From an uncultured Pelagibacteraceae bacterium (GTDB lineage Bacteria; Pseudomonadota; Alphaproteobacteria; Pelagibacterales; Pelagibacteraceae), in the NCBI GenBank assembly GCA_902616205.1, contig CACMRY010000001.1:514-64513 (forward strand): 64,000 bases of DNA. The letters run 5' to 3'. A model generated the notes under the pieces. It was not told where the DNA came from, searched no databases, and worked only from the letters and a program-made list of their open reading frames with translations. The position numbers and the translations under genes were made by a program. Positions 38,559 to 51,254 of the stretch are shown in pieces; position 1 is the first letter of the stretch, and every line of letters starts with the position of its first letter.

Positions 38559-38634
38559 GGGCGGTTAGCTCAGTTGGTAGAGCATCTCGTTTACACCGAG
38601 GGGGTCAAAGGTTCGAGTCCTTTACTGCCCACCA
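38559..38634 (+). tRNA. tRNA-Val(TAC)
   Basis: GGGCGGT...ACTGCCC-A-CCA cloverleaf with anticodon loop TT TAC AC. Confidence 0.97.
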
Positions 38635-38641
38635 AAATTAT

Positions 38642-38718
38642 GGGGGTGTAGCTCAGTTGGTTAGAGCACGTGCCTGTCACGCACGGGGCCGAGGGTTCGA
38701 GTCCCTTCACTCCCGCCA
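38642..38718 (+). tRNA. tRNA-Asp(GTC)
   Basis: GGGGGTG...CACTCCC-G-CCA cloverleaf with anticodon loop CT GTC AC. Confidence 0.97.
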
Positions 38719-38801
38719 TCAATAAAATAAGGACTATTTTCCTTAAAAATGTGACCTATCTGCTCTTTTAGTTGATATAAAAGGTGCTATATAGATTCAC
38801 T

Positions 38802-39170
38802 ATGTTTGCGGAATTTTTAAAAGATTACTTGTCAATAATTCTTTTCCTTGTGATTGCACTTGGTTTAAGTATGGCTTTTGTTGCAATAAATTACTTAGCA
38901 TCTCCTAAAAAACCTGATCCAGAAAAATTATCCGCATATGAATGCGGTTTTGAGCCTTTCAATGACTCACGTATGGAATTTGACGTTAGATTCTATCTAG
39001 TGGCGATACTTTTTATTATATTTGATTTAGAGATAGCATTTCTATTTCCTTGGGCCATATCATTGGGAAAAATAGGTTTATTTGGTTTCGTTTCTATGAT
39101 GATATTTTTATTTATTTTGACTGTAGGTTTTATTTATGAATGGAAAAAAGGAGCACTTGATTGGGAGTAA
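38802..39170 (+). CDS. nuoA: NADH-quinone oxidoreductase subunit A
   Basis: [33 protein letters not shown] 38802 preferred over GTG 38784. Confidence 0.96.
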   Translation: MFAEFLKDYLSIILFLVIALGLSMAFVAINYLASPKKPDPEKLSAYECGFEPFNDSRMEFDVRFYLVAILFIIFDLEIAFLFPWAISLGKIGLFGFVSMMIFLFILTVGFIYEWKKGALDWE

Positions 39171-39171
39171 A

Positions 39172-39693
39172 ATGAATTTAGAGCAAAGAAAAGATCAAAT
39201 ACCTGATGAGTTTAAACAATTAGCTCAAGATTTTAGTGATAATGGTTTTATCACTACTTCACTTGATAACTTAGTTAATTGGGCTCGAACAGGCTCGCTT
39301 CATTGGATGACATTTGGGCTAGCTTGTTGTGCTGTAGAAATGATGCAAACCTCAATGCCTAGATATGATTTAGAGAGATTTGGAGCAGCTCCAAGAGCCT
39401 CACCGAGACAATCAGATGTGATGATAGTTGCAGGAACTTTGACAAATAAAATGGCTCCTGCTTTAAGAAAGGTTTATGACCAGATGCCAGAACCAAGATA
39501 CGTAATTTCCATGGGTAGTTGCGCAAATGGAGGAGGTTACTATCATTACTCTTACTCTGTAGTACGTGGTTGTGATAAAATTGTACCTGTAGATATTTAT
39601 GTACCAGGCTGTCCGCCCTCTGCCGAGGCACTTTTGTATGGGATAATGCAATTACAAAAAAAGATTAGGAACAAAGGTTCGCTAGAAAGATAA
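39172..39693 (+). CDS. nuoB: NADH-quinone oxidoreductase subunit B
   Basis: [25 protein letters not shown]. Start likely ATG 39172. Confidence 0.96.
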   Translation: MNLEQRKDQIPDEFKQLAQDFSDNGFITTSLDNLVNWARTGSLHWMTFGLACCAVEMMQTSMPRYDLERFGAAPRASPRQSDVMIVAGTLTNKMAPALRKVYDQMPEPRYVISMGSCANGGGYYHYSYSVVRGCDKIVPVDIYVPGCPPSAEALLYGIMQLQKKIRNKGSLER

Positions 39694-39699
39694 AATTCA

Positions 39700-40290
39700 A
39701 TGGAAAATTTGGAAAGTCTTGAAAAGGCTATTAATTCGGAATTAACAACAAAAATTTTATCTTCAAATATAAAACATGATCAAATTAACATATGTATCGA
39801 GGATAATAATTTAATTGAAGTAATGATTTTCCTAAAAACTCATTCATCTACTAAATTCAAACAATTGATAGATATAACTGCAGTTGATTATCCTGAGAAA
39901 GATAAAAGATTTAAAATGGTATATTTACTATTAAGTCATGAAAAAAATTCAAGGATTAAAATTGAATTTAACATAAAAGAGGGTGAAATCTTATCATCTT
40001 TAACTTCGATATTTCCTTCAGCCAATTGGATGGAGAGAGAAGTTTTTGATATGTATGGTGTAGAATTTAAAGATCACCCTGATTTAAGAAGAATTCTCAC
40101 AGACTATGGATTTAAAGGACATCCTTTAAGAAAAGATTTTCCTTTAACAGGTCATAATGAGGTTCGATACAGCGAAGCAGATAAAAAGGTAATTTATGAA
40201 CCAGTAAAATTAGAACAAAATTATAGAAATTTTGATTATGAAAGCCCTTGGGAGGGAACAAAATATATAAAAGAACAAACTAAAAAATAA
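39700..40290 (+). CDS. nuoC: NADH-quinone oxidoreductase subunit C
   Basis: [31 protein letters not shown]. Confidence 0.97.
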   Translation: MENLESLEKAINSELTTKILSSNIKHDQINICIEDNNLIEVMIFLKTHSSTKFKQLIDITAVDYPEKDKRFKMVYLLLSHEKNSRIKIEFNIKEGEILSSLTSIFPSANWMEREVFDMYGVEFKDHPDLRRILTDYGFKGHPLRKDFPLTGHNEVRYSEADKKVIYEPVKLEQNYRNFDYESPWEGTKYIKEQTKK

Positions 40291-41465
40291 TGGCAAAAGA
40301 GGTAAAAAAACTAAATTTAAATTTTGGCCCTCAGCATCCAGCTGCTCATGGTGTATTAAGATTAATTCTTCAGTTAGATGGTGAGGTAGTTGAAAAGGCT
40401 GATCCACACATTGGATTATTACACAGAGGCACAGAAAAATTAATTGAAAATAAAACCTACGCACAAGCAGTACCTTATTTTGATAGACTTGATTATGTAG
40501 CACCAATGAATCAAGAACATGCATTTGCATTAGCAATTGAAAAAATCTTAAACATTAACGTCCCAGCAAGAGCCCAATATATAAGAGTAATTTTTTGTGA
40601 AATTGGTAGAATTTTAAGCCATATATTAAATGTAACAACTCAAGCAATGGATGTAGGAGCTCTTACCCCAACACTTTGGGGTTTTGAAGAAAGAGAAACT
40701 TTAATGGGATTTTACGAAAAGGTGTCAGGTTCAAGATTACACGCTAATTATTTTAGAGCCGGTGGTGTTCATCAAGATCTACCGAAAGGTTTAGAAACCG
40801 AAATTGCTGGGTTTTGTGAAAAATTTCCTAAAATTATCGATGATCTAGAAACATTGTTAACTGATAATAGAATATTTAAACAAAGGAATGTTGATATAGG
40901 TATAGTTTCTAAACAAGATGCACTCGATTATTCCTTTTCAGGTGTAATGCTAAGAGGATCAGGAGTTCCATGGGATTTAAGAAAATCTCAGCCGTATGAT
41001 TGTTATGAACAACTAGATTTTAAAATTCCTGTAGGAAAAAACGGTGATTGTTATGATAGATATTTATGTAGAATTGAGGAAATGAGAGAGAGTGTAAAAA
41101 TAATAAATCAATGTCTCATAAATTTACCAAGAGGACCAATCAAAACAAATGATGGAAAGATAAGTCCACCACCAAAAAAAGAGATAAAGCAGTCCATGGA
41201 AGCTTTAATTCATCACTTTAAACTTTTTACAGAGGGTTACAGAGTAGATCAAGATGAAATTTATACAGCAGTTGAGGCGCCAAAAGGGGAGTTTGGAGTT
41301 TATTTAATATCTGATGGATCAAGCAAACCTTACAAATGCAAAATTAGAGCTCCTGGATTTTCTCATCTTCAAGCCATGGACTATTTAATTAAAGGCCACA
41401 TGTTAGCAGATGTGCCTGCAGTATTAGGTTCTATGGATATAGTATTTGGAGAGGTTGACAGATGA
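40290..41465 (+). CDS. nuoD: NADH-quinone oxidoreductase subunit D
   Basis: [24 protein letters not shown]. Confidence 0.98.
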   Translation: MAKEVKKLNLNFGPQHPAAHGVLRLILQLDGEVVEKADPHIGLLHRGTEKLIENKTYAQAVPYFDRLDYVAPMNQEHAFALAIEKILNINVPARAQYIRVIFCEIGRILSHILNVTTQAMDVGALTPTLWGFEERETLMGFYEKVSGSRLHANYFRAGGVHQDLPKGLETEIAGFCEKFPKIIDDLETLLTDNRIFKQRNVDIGIVSKQDALDYSFSGVMLRGSGVPWDLRKSQPYDCYEQLDFKIPVGKNGDCYDRYLCRIEEMRESVKIINQCLINLPRGPIKTNDGKISPPPKKEIKQSMEALIHHFKLFTEGYRVDQDEIYTAVEAPKGEFGVYLISDGSSKPYKCKIRAPGFSHLQAMDYLIKGHMLADVPAVLGSMDIVFGEVDR

Positions 41466-42070
41466 GTTTAAAAAAAGTTTCAAAAAATCAACCAGATAAT
41501 TTTGAATTTGATAGCAAAAATTTGAAAGAAGCTGAAAAAATAATTACAAATTATCCGAAAGGTAAACAAAAAAGTGCTGTAATGGCTTTACTTTATATTG
41601 CACAAAAACAAAATAATAACTGGATACCCTTATCTGCAATGAAATATATAGCGAAGATGCTAGATATGCCGTACATAAAAGTTTATGAAGTTGCAACCTT
41701 CTATAGCATGTATAATTTAACTCCAGTAGGAGATTATTTTTTTCAAGTATGTACTACAACACCATGTATGATCAGAGGAGCATATAAATTAGTAGATGTT
41801 TGTAAAAAAAAAATTTCTGAAAATGAGTCTGAAATTTCTAAAAATGGCAAATCCTCATGGATGGAAGTTGAATGTTTAGGCGCTTGCGTTAATTCTCCAA
41901 TGGTTCAAATAAATGACGATTATTTTGAGGATTTAGATGAGGAAAAATTTACTAAAATTATAGATCAAATTGACAAAAATCAGAGACCAAAACCAGGTTC
42001 GTACAGAGGAAGATTAAGCTCAGAACCCGAAAATATTAGAAAAACTTTATTGAGTAATAAACATGCTTAA
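41462..42070 (+). CDS. nuoE: NADH-quinone oxidoreductase subunit E
   Basis: [20 protein letters not shown]. Confidence 0.97.
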   Translation: MSLKKVSKNQPDNFEFDSKNLKEAEKIITNYPKGKQKSAVMALLYIAQKQNNNWIPLSAMKYIAKMLDMPYIKVYEVATFYSMYNLTPVGDYFFQVCTTTPCMIRGAYKLVDVCKKKISENESEISKNGKSSWMEVECLGACVNSPMVQINDDYFEDLDEEKFTKIIDQIDKNQRPKPGSYRGRLSSEPENIRKTLLSNKHA

Positions 42071-43394
42071 AGACGAAGACAGAATATTTCAAAATTTATA
42101 CAACGATTATGGAGCAGAATTGGATTCCGCTAAAAAACGTGGTGACTGGTTAGAAACTATTGAAATTTTCAATAAAGGTCGAAATTGGATAATTGAGGAA
42201 ATTAAAACCTCCCAGTTACGTGGTCGTGGAGGAGCGGGTTTTCCAACAGGTTTGAAATGGTCTTTTGCTCCTAAAGAAGTAGGTTTGAAGCCTCATTATT
42301 TGGTTATTAACGCTGACGAGTCTGAACCAGGAACATGTAAAGATAGAGATATTCTTAGATTTGAACCGCATAAATTAATAGAGGGATGCCTAATAGCTTC
42401 ATACGCAGTCAACGCCCATACCTGCTACATTTATATAAGAGGTGAATATTTTAAAGAAGGTCAAAAACTTCAAAAAGCTATTGATGAAGCATATAGCAAT
42501 GGATTGATTGGGAAAAACGCATCATCAACTGGATGGGATTTTGATATATTCATTCACTATGGAGCTGGCGCATATATATGTGGAGAGGAAACTGCACTTT
42601 TAGAAAGTTTAGAAGGAAACAAAGGCCAACCAAGACTAAAACCACCTTTTCCAGCATTGATAGGTTTGTATGGCTGTCCAACAATTATTAATAATGTAGA
42701 AACAATTGCAGTTGTTCCAACAATATTAAGAAGAGGAGGTAAATGGTTCTCTTCTTTAGGAAGAGAAAAAAATACAGGAACAAAAATTTTTTGTATTTCA
42801 GGAAATGTAAATAATCCATGCAATGTTGAAGAGGAAATGGGTGTACCTTTAAAAGATTTAATTGAGAAACATGCGGGGGGAGTTGTTGGAGGCTGGGATA
42901 ATTTAAAAGCTGTTATACCTGGTGGATCCTCAATGCCTTTATTACCAAAAGATGTTTGTGATACTATAAAAATGGATTTTGACGCTTGTGTAGAAAATAA
43001 AACTGGACTTGGAACCGCTGGTATAGTTGTTATTAACAAAGATCAAGACATAATTAAATGTATGGCAAGAATTGCCAGATTTTATAAACACGAAAGCTGT
43101 GGACAATGTACACCATGTAGAGAGGGATCAGGTTGGATGTGGAGAATGTTAGAAAGAATGGCAAAAGGTGAGGCAACTAGAGACGAGGTAGATATGTTGA
43201 TGGATGTCACAAAACAAATAGAGGGACATACAATTTGTGCATTTGGCGAAGGTTCATCATGGCCAGTGCAAGGTTTAATAAGAAATTTTAAAGATGAAAT
43301 CTTAGAGAGAAATAAATACGATCCATTAATTCAAAGAAAAAAAGAAGTTCCTTATTTAGTAGATCAACATATTTTGGAAAAAGAAAATGCTTAA
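42063..43394 (+). CDS. nuoF: NADH-quinone oxidoreductase subunit F
   Basis: [37 protein letters not shown]. Confidence 0.98.
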   Translation: MLKDEDRIFQNLYNDYGAELDSAKKRGDWLETIEIFNKGRNWIIEEIKTSQLRGRGGAGFPTGLKWSFAPKEVGLKPHYLVINADESEPGTCKDRDILRFEPHKLIEGCLIASYAVNAHTCYIYIRGEYFKEGQKLQKAIDEAYSNGLIGKNASSTGWDFDIFIHYGAGAYICGEETALLESLEGNKGQPRLKPPFPALIGLYGCPTIINNVETIAVVPTILRRGGKWFSSLGREKNTGTKIFCISGNVNNPCNVEEEMGVPLKDLIEKHAGGVVGGWDNLKAVIPGGSSMPLLPKDVCDTIKMDFDACVENKTGLGTAGIVVINKDQDIIKCMARIARFYKHESCGQCTPCREGSGWMWRMLERMAKGEATRDEVDMLMDVTKQIEGHTICAFGEGSSWPVQGLIRNFKDEILERNKYDPLIQRKKEVPYLVDQHILEKENA

Positions 43395-45417
43395 ATTAAA
43401 AGTAAATGATATTGATCTTGAAGTTGAAGAAGGTTTGACAGTTCTTCAAGCTTGTGAACAAGCAGGGGCAGAAATCCCGAGATTTTGTTATCACGAAAAG
43501 CTGTCTATCGCTGGAAACTGCAGAATGTGTTTAGTAGAAATGGAAAAATCTCCAAAACCTGTCGCTTCATGTGCAATGCCAGCAGTGGATGGAATGGTAA
43601 TAAGAACTAATACTGAGAAAGTTGAGAAATCAAGAAAGGGTGTTATGGAATTTTTATTAGCAAATCACCCTCTAGATTGTCCAGTTTGTGATCAAGGAGG
43701 TGAATGTGATTTACAAGACCAGTCCATGTTTTACGGAATTGATAAGAGTAGATTTAAAGAAAATAAAAGGTACGTGCCAGAAAAATATATGGGTCCTTTG
43801 ATTAAAACTCAAATGACAAGATGTATACACTGCACTAGATGTATAAGATTCGCAACCGAAGTTGCAGGTGTTCCTGAACTTGGCGCAATAGGAAGAGGTG
43901 AAGATATGCAAATTACCACTTATTTAGAAAAAGCCATGGAGTCTGAATTATCGGCAAATGTTATTGATTTATGTCCAGTTGGAGCACTAACATCTAAACC
44001 TTATGTTTTTGAAGCAAGACCATGGGAATTAAAAAAAACTGAAACCATAGATGTTATGGATGCAGTAGGTTCAAATATAAGAATTGATACTTACGGCTGG
44101 GAAGTAAAAAGAGTATTACCTAGGATAAATGAGGAAATTAATGAAGAGTGGATATCTGATAAAACTAGATATGCATGCGATGGTTTAAAAAATCAACGTT
44201 TAGATACACCTTATAATAAAATAAATAAAAAATTTGAAAAAATTTCATGGAAAGATGCTTATACAAAAATTTTCGAAAAAATTTCTAAAACTCGATCTGA
44301 TAGAATTGCGGCTTTGACAGGTGATATGACAAATATGGAAACAATGTTTGCATTAAAGGATTTCTTTGAAAAAACATTAAGATCTGAAAATCTAGATTCA
44401 AGATCTGAAAATTTTTATGTAAATACATCAGAAAAAGAAAATTTTATATTTAATTCTAAAATTGAGGGAATTGAAGAGTCTGATTTAATTATTTTAGTGG
44501 GCGCAAATCCAAGATTTGAGGCAACAATGCTTAATTCTAGAATTAGAAAAAATTATATCAAAAATAAAACACAAATTTATTCTTTGGGAGATGTCGGTGA
44601 TTTAACCTATCCTTATAAAATTTTAGAAAATTCAACAAAAACAATTAAAGATATAGTAAATCATACTCACAAAATTTCCGAAGAGATTTATAATTCAAAA
44701 AAACCTATTTTTATAGTTGGTCAATCAGCATTAAAACTAAACTCATCTATTTATATTTTTGAGGAATTAAAAAAATATCTTCAAAGTAAAAATAAAATAA
44801 ATGAAGAATGGAATTCATTAAATATACTATCAAATAATGCCTCTACAGTTGGATCATATTATTTAAACGTTTTAAGCTCAAATGATGGAACTAATCAAAC
44901 ACTTAAAAAAATTCAAAACAATGAAATCGAAGTGCTTTTTTTATTTGGCCAAGATAATCTTACATTTCGAAAAAAAAATGAGTTTATTATTTATGTCGGA
45001 AGCCATGGAGATAAAGGTGCTTCTTTAGCAAATATAATATTACCTGGAGCAGCATTTACAGAGCAAGATGGATATTTTGCTAATTTGGAGGGAAAAATAC
45101 AAAAATCATATAAGTCTTCTTACCCTCCGGGTGATGCAAAAGAAGATTGGGAAATAGTTAATGAATTAGCATCATCCATAAAAAGAAAAAAACTTTATAA
45201 GAAAAAAGAGGATCTAGATAATGCAATGTTTAACTTTTTAAATATAAACTCTGCTAATAAAAAATTTAAAACTCCCAATTATCAATTTTTAGATGAAAAT
45301 ATTATTTTAGACAACATTGATTATTATCATTCAAATGTAATCGCTCGTGCGTCAAAAACCATGGGCGAGTGTAAAAGTTTAAGGACTAATTTTAAAAAAA
45401 CAGGAACAGAGGGATAA
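43387..45417 (+). CDS. nuoG: NADH-quinone oxidoreductase subunit G
   Basis: [39 protein letters not shown]. Confidence 0.97.
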   Translation: MLKLKVNDIDLEVEEGLTVLQACEQAGAEIPRFCYHEKLSIAGNCRMCLVEMEKSPKPVASCAMPAVDGMVIRTNTEKVEKSRKGVMEFLLANHPLDCPVCDQGGECDLQDQSMFYGIDKSRFKENKRYVPEKYMGPLIKTQMTRCIHCTRCIRFATEVAGVPELGAIGRGEDMQITTYLEKAMESELSANVIDLCPVGALTSKPYVFEARPWELKKTETIDVMDAVGSNIRIDTYGWEVKRVLPRINEEINEEWISDKTRYACDGLKNQRLDTPYNKINKKFEKISWKDAYTKIFEKISKTRSDRIAALTGDMTNMETMFALKDFFEKTLRSENLDSRSENFYVNTSEKENFIFNSKIEGIEESDLIILVGANPRFEATMLNSRIRKNYIKNKTQIYSLGDVGDLTYPYKILENSTKTIKDIVNHTHKISEEIYNSKKPIFIVGQSALKLNSSIYIFEELKKYLQSKNKINEEWNSLNILSNNASTVGSYYLNVLSSNDGTNQTLKKIQNNEIEVLFLFGQDNLTFRKKNEFIIYVGSHGDKGASLANIILPGAAFTEQDGYFANLEGKIQKSYKSSYPPGDAKEDWEIVNELASSIKRKKLYKKKEDLDNAMFNFLNINSANKKFKTPNYQFLDENIILDNIDYYHSNVIARASKTMGECKSLRTNFKKTGTEG

Positions 45418-46418
45418 TGCCAGAGTACGCTTCAATTCTTTTTTCAGAAGTCCTAAAAATCTTAATGTTATTAATACCTGTTTTAGTTTCTGTTGCGATG
45501 ATTGTGTGGCTTGATAGACGTGTTTGGGCATTTGTTCAAAAAAGAAGAGGTCCAAATGTTGTTGGACCATTTGGTTTGCTCCAATCCTTAGCTGATGCTT
45601 TAAAATATATATTCAAAGAAATTATTATTCCTGCTAGTTCAAACAAAGTTATTTTTATTTTAGCGCCAATTATTACAATGACTCTTGCTTTAATATCATG
45701 GGCTGTAATACCTTTTAGTGAAGATTTTGTTCTCGCAGATATAAATGTAGGAATACTCTATTTATTTGCCGTATCATCCTTGGGAGTTTATGGAATTATA
45801 ATGGGAGGATGGGCATCTAATTCAAAGTATCCATTTCTTGGAGCTATAAGATCAGCTGCTCAAATGGTTTCTTACGAAGTTTCCATTGGAATAATCATTA
45901 TAAATGTACTTTTGTGCGTGGGATCATTAAATTTATCTGACATTGTTAAAGCACAGGAAAATGTTTGGTATATAATTCCACTATTTCCAATGTTTGTTAT
46001 ATTTTTTATTTCAGCTTTAGCTGAAACGAATAGACCTCCTTTTGATTTACCAGAAGCCGAGGCAGAACTTGTTGCAGGATATCAAACTGAATATTCAGGA
46101 ATGATGTATGCAATGTTCTGGTTAGGCGAATATGCTAATATTTTATTAATGTGTGCACTGGGCTCTATCTTATTCTTAGGTGGATGGTTGACACCTATAG
46201 ATATTTTTCCATTTAATGTTATCCCCTCACCAATATGGTTAATACTAAAAATTTTGTTATTATTTATCTTGTTCGCTTTAGTAAAAGCAATTGTTCCAAG
46301 ATATAGGTATGATCAATTAATGAGACTTGGTTGGAAAGTTTTTTTACCATTATCTTTAACTTGGGTGGTGTTAACAGCTGGATATTTAATGTATTTCGAT
46401 CTATTACCGGTAAATTAA
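45417..46418 (+). CDS. nuoH: NADH-quinone oxidoreductase subunit H
   Basis: [34 protein letters not shown]. Confidence 0.98.
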   Translation: MPEYASILFSEVLKILMLLIPVLVSVAMIVWLDRRVWAFVQKRRGPNVVGPFGLLQSLADALKYIFKEIIIPASSNKVIFILAPIITMTLALISWAVIPFSEDFVLADINVGILYLFAVSSLGVYGIIMGGWASNSKYPFLGAIRSAAQMVSYEVSIGIIIINVLLCVGSLNLSDIVKAQENVWYIIPLFPMFVIFFISALAETNRPPFDLPEAEAELVAGYQTEYSGMMYAMFWLGEYANILLMCALGSILFLGGWLTPIDIFPFNVIPSPIWLILKILLLFILFALVKAIVPRYRYDQLMRLGWKVFLPLSLTWVVLTAGYLMYFDLLPVN

Positions 46419-46419
46419 A

Positions 46420-46905
46420 ATGAAAATAAAAAGATTTTTTAAAACAATCTTAATGATTGATTTTATAACTGGATTATTAATAGCAATAAAAGAGTCTTTT
46501 CGACAAAAAAAAACTATAAATTATCCATTTGAAAAAGGTTCTGTTAGCCCACGCGCAAGAGGTGAGCACGCTTTAAGAAGATATCCAAATGGAGAAGAAA
46601 GATGTATAGCGTGTAAATTATGTGAAGCAGTTTGCCCAGCACAAGCAATTACTATTGAGTCTCAAGAAAGATCTGACGGTAGTCGCAAAACGACTAGATA
46701 TGACATTGATATGCTTAAATGTATATATTGTGGATTGTGTGAACAATCTTGCCCTGTAGACGCTATAGTGCAAGGACCAAATTTTGAATTTGCCACAGAA
46801 ACAAGAGAGGAACTTTATTATAACAAAGAAAAGTTATTAGAAAACGGAGACAGGTGGGAAAGTATCTTAGCAGCCAATATTAATGCTGATAGTTCTCATC
46901 GATAA
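46420..46905 (+). CDS. nuoI: NADH-quinone oxidoreductase subunit I
   Basis: Two CxxCxxCxxxCP ferredoxin motifs. Confidence 0.98.
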   Translation: MKIKRFFKTILMIDFITGLLIAIKESFRQKKTINYPFEKGSVSPRARGEHALRRYPNGEERCIACKLCEAVCPAQAITIESQERSDGSRKTTRYDIDMLKCIYCGLCEQSCPVDAIVQGPNFEFATETREELYYNKEKLLENGDRWESILAANINADSSHR

Positions 46906-46909
46906 CTAA

Positions 46910-47542
46910 ATGATAGCACACGCAGTTGTTTTTTATATTTTTTCTTTGATAGCAATTGTTTCAGCGATAATGGTAACAGTTTCAAGGAACACTGTTCACT
47001 CAGTTTTTTTTTTAATCTTAGATTTTATAAGCATATCTTGTCTTTTTATTATGATAGGAGCAGAATTTTTAGGAATGATAATGTTAATTGTCTATGTAGG
47101 GGCAGTTGCAGTTTTATTTCTTTTTGTAGTTATGATGTTGAATGTTGCTCAGCAGAAAAATGAGTGGTTTGTAGCAAGCGATAGTAGTTCTCATATACCC
47201 ATAGGTCTCTTAGTTAGTTTAGTAATTTTTTCAGAATTACTGATTGTAATTGGTGGATGGAAGTATAAGGATAAACTGCAAGCGTCTATTAATGTAAATC
47301 TGGATTTAAATCTAACAAATACCCAATCATTAGGTAATGTTATTTACACAGATTACGTTCACTTATTTCAATTATCTGGAATGGTTCTCTTAGTAGCTAT
47401 GATTGGAGCAATTGTTCTCACTTTCAGAAAACGATCTGGCGTAAAAACACAAAGCTACTTAAGACAAATTTCTAGAGAAAGAAACGAAGGTGTTGAATTG
47501 ATAGATGTAGAAACAAAAAAGGGAGTTAAAATAGATGCTTAG
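46910..47542 (+). CDS. nuoJ: NADH-quinone oxidoreductase subunit J
   Basis: [17 protein letters not shown], plus operon position. Confidence 0.97.
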   Translation: MIAHAVVFYIFSLIAIVSAIMVTVSRNTVHSVFFLILDFISISCLFIMIGAEFLGMIMLIVYVGAVAVLFLFVVMMLNVAQQKNEWFVASDSSSHIPIGLLVSLVIFSELLIVIGGWKYKDKLQASINVNLDLNLTNTQSLGNVIYTDYVHLFQLSGMVLLVAMIGAIVLTFRKRSGVKTQSYLRQISRERNEGVELIDVETKKGVKIDA

Positions 47543-47846
47543 TATTGGTCTCGGTCATTATTTAACTCTTGCTGCCATTATATTTACTATTGGGGTGGTT
47601 GGTATCTTTTTAAATAGAAAAAACGTTATTGTTATTCTTATGAGTATTGAGTTAATTTTGTTGTCTGTAAATATTAACTTGGTTTCCTTTTCTATTTTTA
47701 TTAATGATCTCAGTGGTCAAGTATTTACACTATTCATATTAACAGTAGCTGCAGCTGAGGCTGCCATAGGATTAGCAATTATAGTTATTTATTATAGGAA
47801 TTCTGGAACAATTAGAGTTGAAGAGATTGACAGTTTAAAAGGATGA
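47535..47846 (+). CDS. nuoK: NADH-quinone oxidoreductase subunit K
   Basis: [20 protein letters not shown]. Confidence 0.97.
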   Translation: MLSIGLGHYLTLAAIIFTIGVVGIFLNRKNVIVILMSIELILLSVNINLVSFSIFINDLSGQVFTLFILTVAAAEAAIGLAIIVIYYRNSGTIRVEEIDSLKG

Positions 47847-47847
47847 A

Positions 47848-49761
47848 ATGGGATATTATATTTTATTTTTACCACTCGCTGCATCAATAATATCTGGATT
47901 TTTTGGAAAATTAATTGGAGATAAAGCATCTCAATTAGTTACAAGTTTGTTTGTTTCCATATCAGCTTTTTTATCAATCATCGTTTTGTATAATGTTATA
48001 GCCACAGGATACTCAGAAAACTTAATTATTGCTACATGGATAAATTCAGGAAGTCTTAATGTAAATTGGTCAGTAAATATTGATCCACTTTCTGCAGTTA
48101 TGCTTGTTGTTGTTACATTGGTCTCGGCTATAGTCCATATATATTCAATTGGTTACATGTCTCATGATCCGCATAAGTCACGTTTCATGTCTTATTTATC
48201 ATTATTCACATTTGCAATGTTAACTCTTGTTACATCTGATAATTTTATACAATTGTTTTTTGGTTGGGAAGGCGTTGGATTATGTTCATACTTTTTAATC
48301 GGCTTCTGGTTTAAAAAAGAAAGTGCAAATAAAGCAGCGATTAAGGCATTTATTGTAAACCGAGTTGGGGATTTTGGTTTTGCTTTAGGTATTTTTTTAA
48401 TTTTTTATTTATTTGGGACAGTAAACTATGATGAAGTCTTTCAAAAAATCCCAAATATATTAGATAAGAAATTAAATTTTCTTGGTTTTTATATCAATTC
48501 TGTAGACTTGATTTGTTTACTTTTATTCGTTGGTGCAATGGGTAAATCCGCACAATTTTTACTTCATACATGGCTACCAGATGCTATGGAAGGCCCTACG
48601 CCCGTATCAGCACTTATTCATGCTGCAACAATGGTAACAGCTGGAGTATTTTTGGTCGTAAGATGTTCACCAATTTATGAATATTCTGAATTAGCTTTAT
48701 CTGTTGTAACTATTATTGGAATGGTAACAGCAATTTTTGCTGCGAGTGTTGCTTTAGTTCAGACAGATATAAAAAAAATTATTGCATATTCAACTTGTAG
48801 TCAACTAGGGTATATGTTTTTTGCGGCAGGTGTTGGGGCATATAATGTTGCAATGTTTCATTTATTTACTCATGCTTTTTTTAAAGCACTTTTATTTTTA
48901 GGCTCTGGTTCTGTAATTCATTCGTTTAAAGATGAGCAAAATATTAATTTAATGGGAGGTGTCTGGAAAAAATTACCTTACACATATAGTTTAATGATAA
49001 TTGGAACTCTAGCGCTCACTGGATTTCCTTTTTTATCAGGATTTTACTCAAAAGATGCTATTATTGAGTTTGCATATTTAAGTGGAAACAATGTTGGAAC
49101 GTATGCAGCCTACATTGGAATTTTCACAGCTTTTTTAACATCAATATATTCATGGAGACTAATTTTTAAAACATTTCATGGCACTTATAATAATTCAGAA
49201 ATAAATATTGATAGTATGCATGAGTCACCACCAACAATGCTTATACCACTTATTGTTCTTGCAATTGGTGCAATTTTTGCTGGTATGCTATTTAAAGATC
49301 TATTTATTGGGAAAGAATTATCTTATGCATTTTGGAATAGTTCAATTAAATTTCTTGAGCCATTAAGTACAGATCATCCACCTAATTGGTTTTTATTTTT
49401 AACACCATCTCTAGTTGTCATATCAATACCATTATCATTTTATCTATTTGTAAGAAATTTGTCTGTCGTAGATGAAATTGTTAAAATAAATAAACCACTT
49501 TATATTTTTTTACAAAAGAAATGGTATTTCGATGAACTTTATGACTTTATTTTTGTAAATCCTTCAAAAAGAATTGGAAAATTTTTATGGAAACAAATTG
49601 ATGGATCAGTCATTGATAGATTTGGACCTGACGGAATATCCAAACTAATAAAAAATTTTTCAGCTAGAGCTGTTAAACTTCAAAGTGGATATATCTACCA
49701 ATATGCATTTATAATGCTTCTTGGTTTCTCAGTTTTATTAACTTTATTAATTTTAGTATAA
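47848..49761 (+). CDS. nuoL: NADH-quinone oxidoreductase subunit L
   Basis: GKSAQ..LHTWLPDAMEGPTPVSALIHAATMV. Confidence 0.98.
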   Translation: MGYYILFLPLAASIISGFFGKLIGDKASQLVTSLFVSISAFLSIIVLYNVIATGYSENLIIATWINSGSLNVNWSVNIDPLSAVMLVVVTLVSAIVHIYSIGYMSHDPHKSRFMSYLSLFTFAMLTLVTSDNFIQLFFGWEGVGLCSYFLIGFWFKKESANKAAIKAFIVNRVGDFGFALGIFLIFYLFGTVNYDEVFQKIPNILDKKLNFLGFYINSVDLICLLLFVGAMGKSAQFLLHTWLPDAMEGPTPVSALIHAATMVTAGVFLVVRCSPIYEYSELALSVVTIIGMVTAIFAASVALVQTDIKKIIAYSTCSQLGYMFFAAGVGAYNVAMFHLFTHAFFKALLFLGSGSVIHSFKDEQNINLMGGVWKKLPYTYSLMIIGTLALTGFPFLSGFYSKDAIIEFAYLSGNNVGTYAAYIGIFTAFLTSIYSWRLIFKTFHGTYNNSEINIDSMHESPPTMLIPLIVLAIGAIFAGMLFKDLFIGKELSYAFWNSSIKFLEPLSTDHPPNWFLFLTPSLVVISIPLSFYLFVRNLSVVDEIVKINKPLYIFLQKKWYFDELYDFIFVNPSKRIGKFLWKQIDGSVIDRFGPDGISKLIKNFSARAVKLQSGYIYQYAFIMLLGFSVLLTLLILV

Positions 49762-51254
49762 TGGACTTTCCAATCATTTCATCTTTAATAATATTGCCAA
49801 CCATTGGCGCTTTATTTATTATATTTACAAAATCATCAAATAATAAATATCAAAGCAGTAAATATGTTGCATTATTTATATCATTAGCTAACTTTATTCT
49901 CTCAATATATCTTTGGTTAATTTTTGATAAATCTTCTGTTAATTTTCAATTTGTAGAAAATAGAGAATGGTTATCTGGTTTTATCAACTATAAAGTAGGA
50001 GTTGATGGAATTTCAATTTTATTTATTTTACTTACAACTTTTATAACACCAATTTGCATAATTTCTGTAATTTCAACAATTAAACACCGTTTAAAAGATT
50101 TTTTAATAGCAATTCTTATAATGGAAACTCTAATGATTGGAGTTTTCTGCTCCCTCGATTTAATAATTTTCTATTTATTTTTTGAAGGTGGCTTAATACC
50201 TATGTTCCTAATTATCGGTATCTGGGGTGGGGAAAGAAGAGTTTATTCAGCATTCAAATTCTTTTTGTATACCTTACTAGGCTCTGTTTTAATGTTGATA
50301 GCAATAATATCTATTTATTGGATATCTGGCACTACTGATGTTGAAAAGTTGTATGAAATTGGAATTGGAGAACAATATCAAAAACTTTTATGGCTGGCTT
50401 TCTTTAGTTCATTTGCAGTAAAAACACCTATGTGGCCGGTGCACACTTGGTTGCCAGATGCTCACGTTGAGGCACCAACTGCTGGATCTGTTTTGCTTGC
50501 AGCAATATTACTAAAAATGGCTGGGTATGGATTTATAAGATTTTCTGTAGGATTATTTCCAATAGCTTCTGAATATTTTGTGCCACTTGTCTTTGCATTA
50601 AGTTTGATTGCAATTATTTACACATCTTTAGTTGCTCTAATGCAGGAAGATATGAAAAAGTTGATTGCTTATTCTTCTGTTGCGCATATGGGTTTTGTAA
50701 CACTCGGAATTTTTACCATGACTCAACAAGGCATCGAGGGCAGTATATTTCAAATGATCAGTCATGGATTGGTATCGGCAGCTCTATTCTTAAGCGTTGG
50801 TGTTGTTTACGACAGAAATCATACAAGATTGATAAAAAAATATGGTGGGTTAGTAACCGTGATGCCAAAATATGGTATCGTATTTATGATATTTGCCCTA
50901 GGTTCTCTAGGACTTCCAGGGACAAGTGGATTTATTGGTGAATTTCTAATTCTAATGGGGACATTCAAAAAAAGTTTTCTAGTTGCAACTATTGCAAGTT
51001 TAGGTGTTATTTTAGGAGCAGCTTACATACTTTGGATGTACAAAAGAGTTGTCTTTGGTGAAATAATTCATGAAGAAATTAAAAGCATGAAAGATCTAAA
51101 AAAATTTGAGTTATTAATTCTTATTTTATTAGCAATACCAATTATATTTTTTGGATTTTATCCAGAGCCATTAATAAATTCAATTGAAACATCTGTAACT
51201 AGTTTGATAGATAACTACAATACAAATTTAACACAAAGTATTGCAAAGAAATAA
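49761..51254 (+). CDS. nuoM: NADH-quinone oxidoreductase subunit M
   Basis: VHTWLPDAHVEAPT, KKLIAYSSVAHMG. Confidence 0.98.
   Translation: MDFPIISSLIILPTIGALFIIFTKSSNNKYQSSKYVALFISLANFILSIYLWLIFDKSSVNFQFVENREWLSGFINYKVGVDGISILFILLTTFITPICIISVISTIKHRLKDFLIAILIMETLMIGVFCSLDLIIFYLFFEGGLIPMFLIIGIWGGERRVYSAFKFFLYTLLGSVLMLIAIISIYWISGTTDVEKLYEIGIGEQYQKLLWLAFFSSFAVKTPMWPVHTWLPDAHVEAPTAGSVLLAAILLKMAGYGFIRFSVGLFPIASEYFVPLVFALSLIAIIYTSLVALMQEDMKKLIAYSSVAHMGFVTLGIFTMTQQGIEGSIFQMISHGLVSAALFLSVGVVYDRNHTRLIKKYGGLVTVMPKYGIVFMIFALGSLGLPGTSGFIGEFLILMGTFKKSFLVATIASLGVILGAAYILWMYKRVVFGEIIHEEIKSMKDLKKFELLILILLAIPIIFFGFYPEPLINSIETSVTSLIDNYNTNLTQSIAKK

Noticed and set aside
32537-38718. tRNA genes as prophage or island attachment sites
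   Set aside because: All three are followed directly by core genes or another tRNA. I saw no duplicated tRNA 3' end, integrase or phage gene in the window.
38531-38725. 64-aa ORF in the track
   Set aside because: Overlaps tRNA-Val and tRNA-Asp entirely, so it is spurious.
44380-44412. Direct repeat AGATCTGAAAAT x2 in nuoG (also CACTCGCAGGC x2 in nuoN near 52372-52400)
   Set aside because: Short in-frame coding repeats (RSEN; the conserved LAGIPPLAG motif). Not a CRISPR or mobile repeat.
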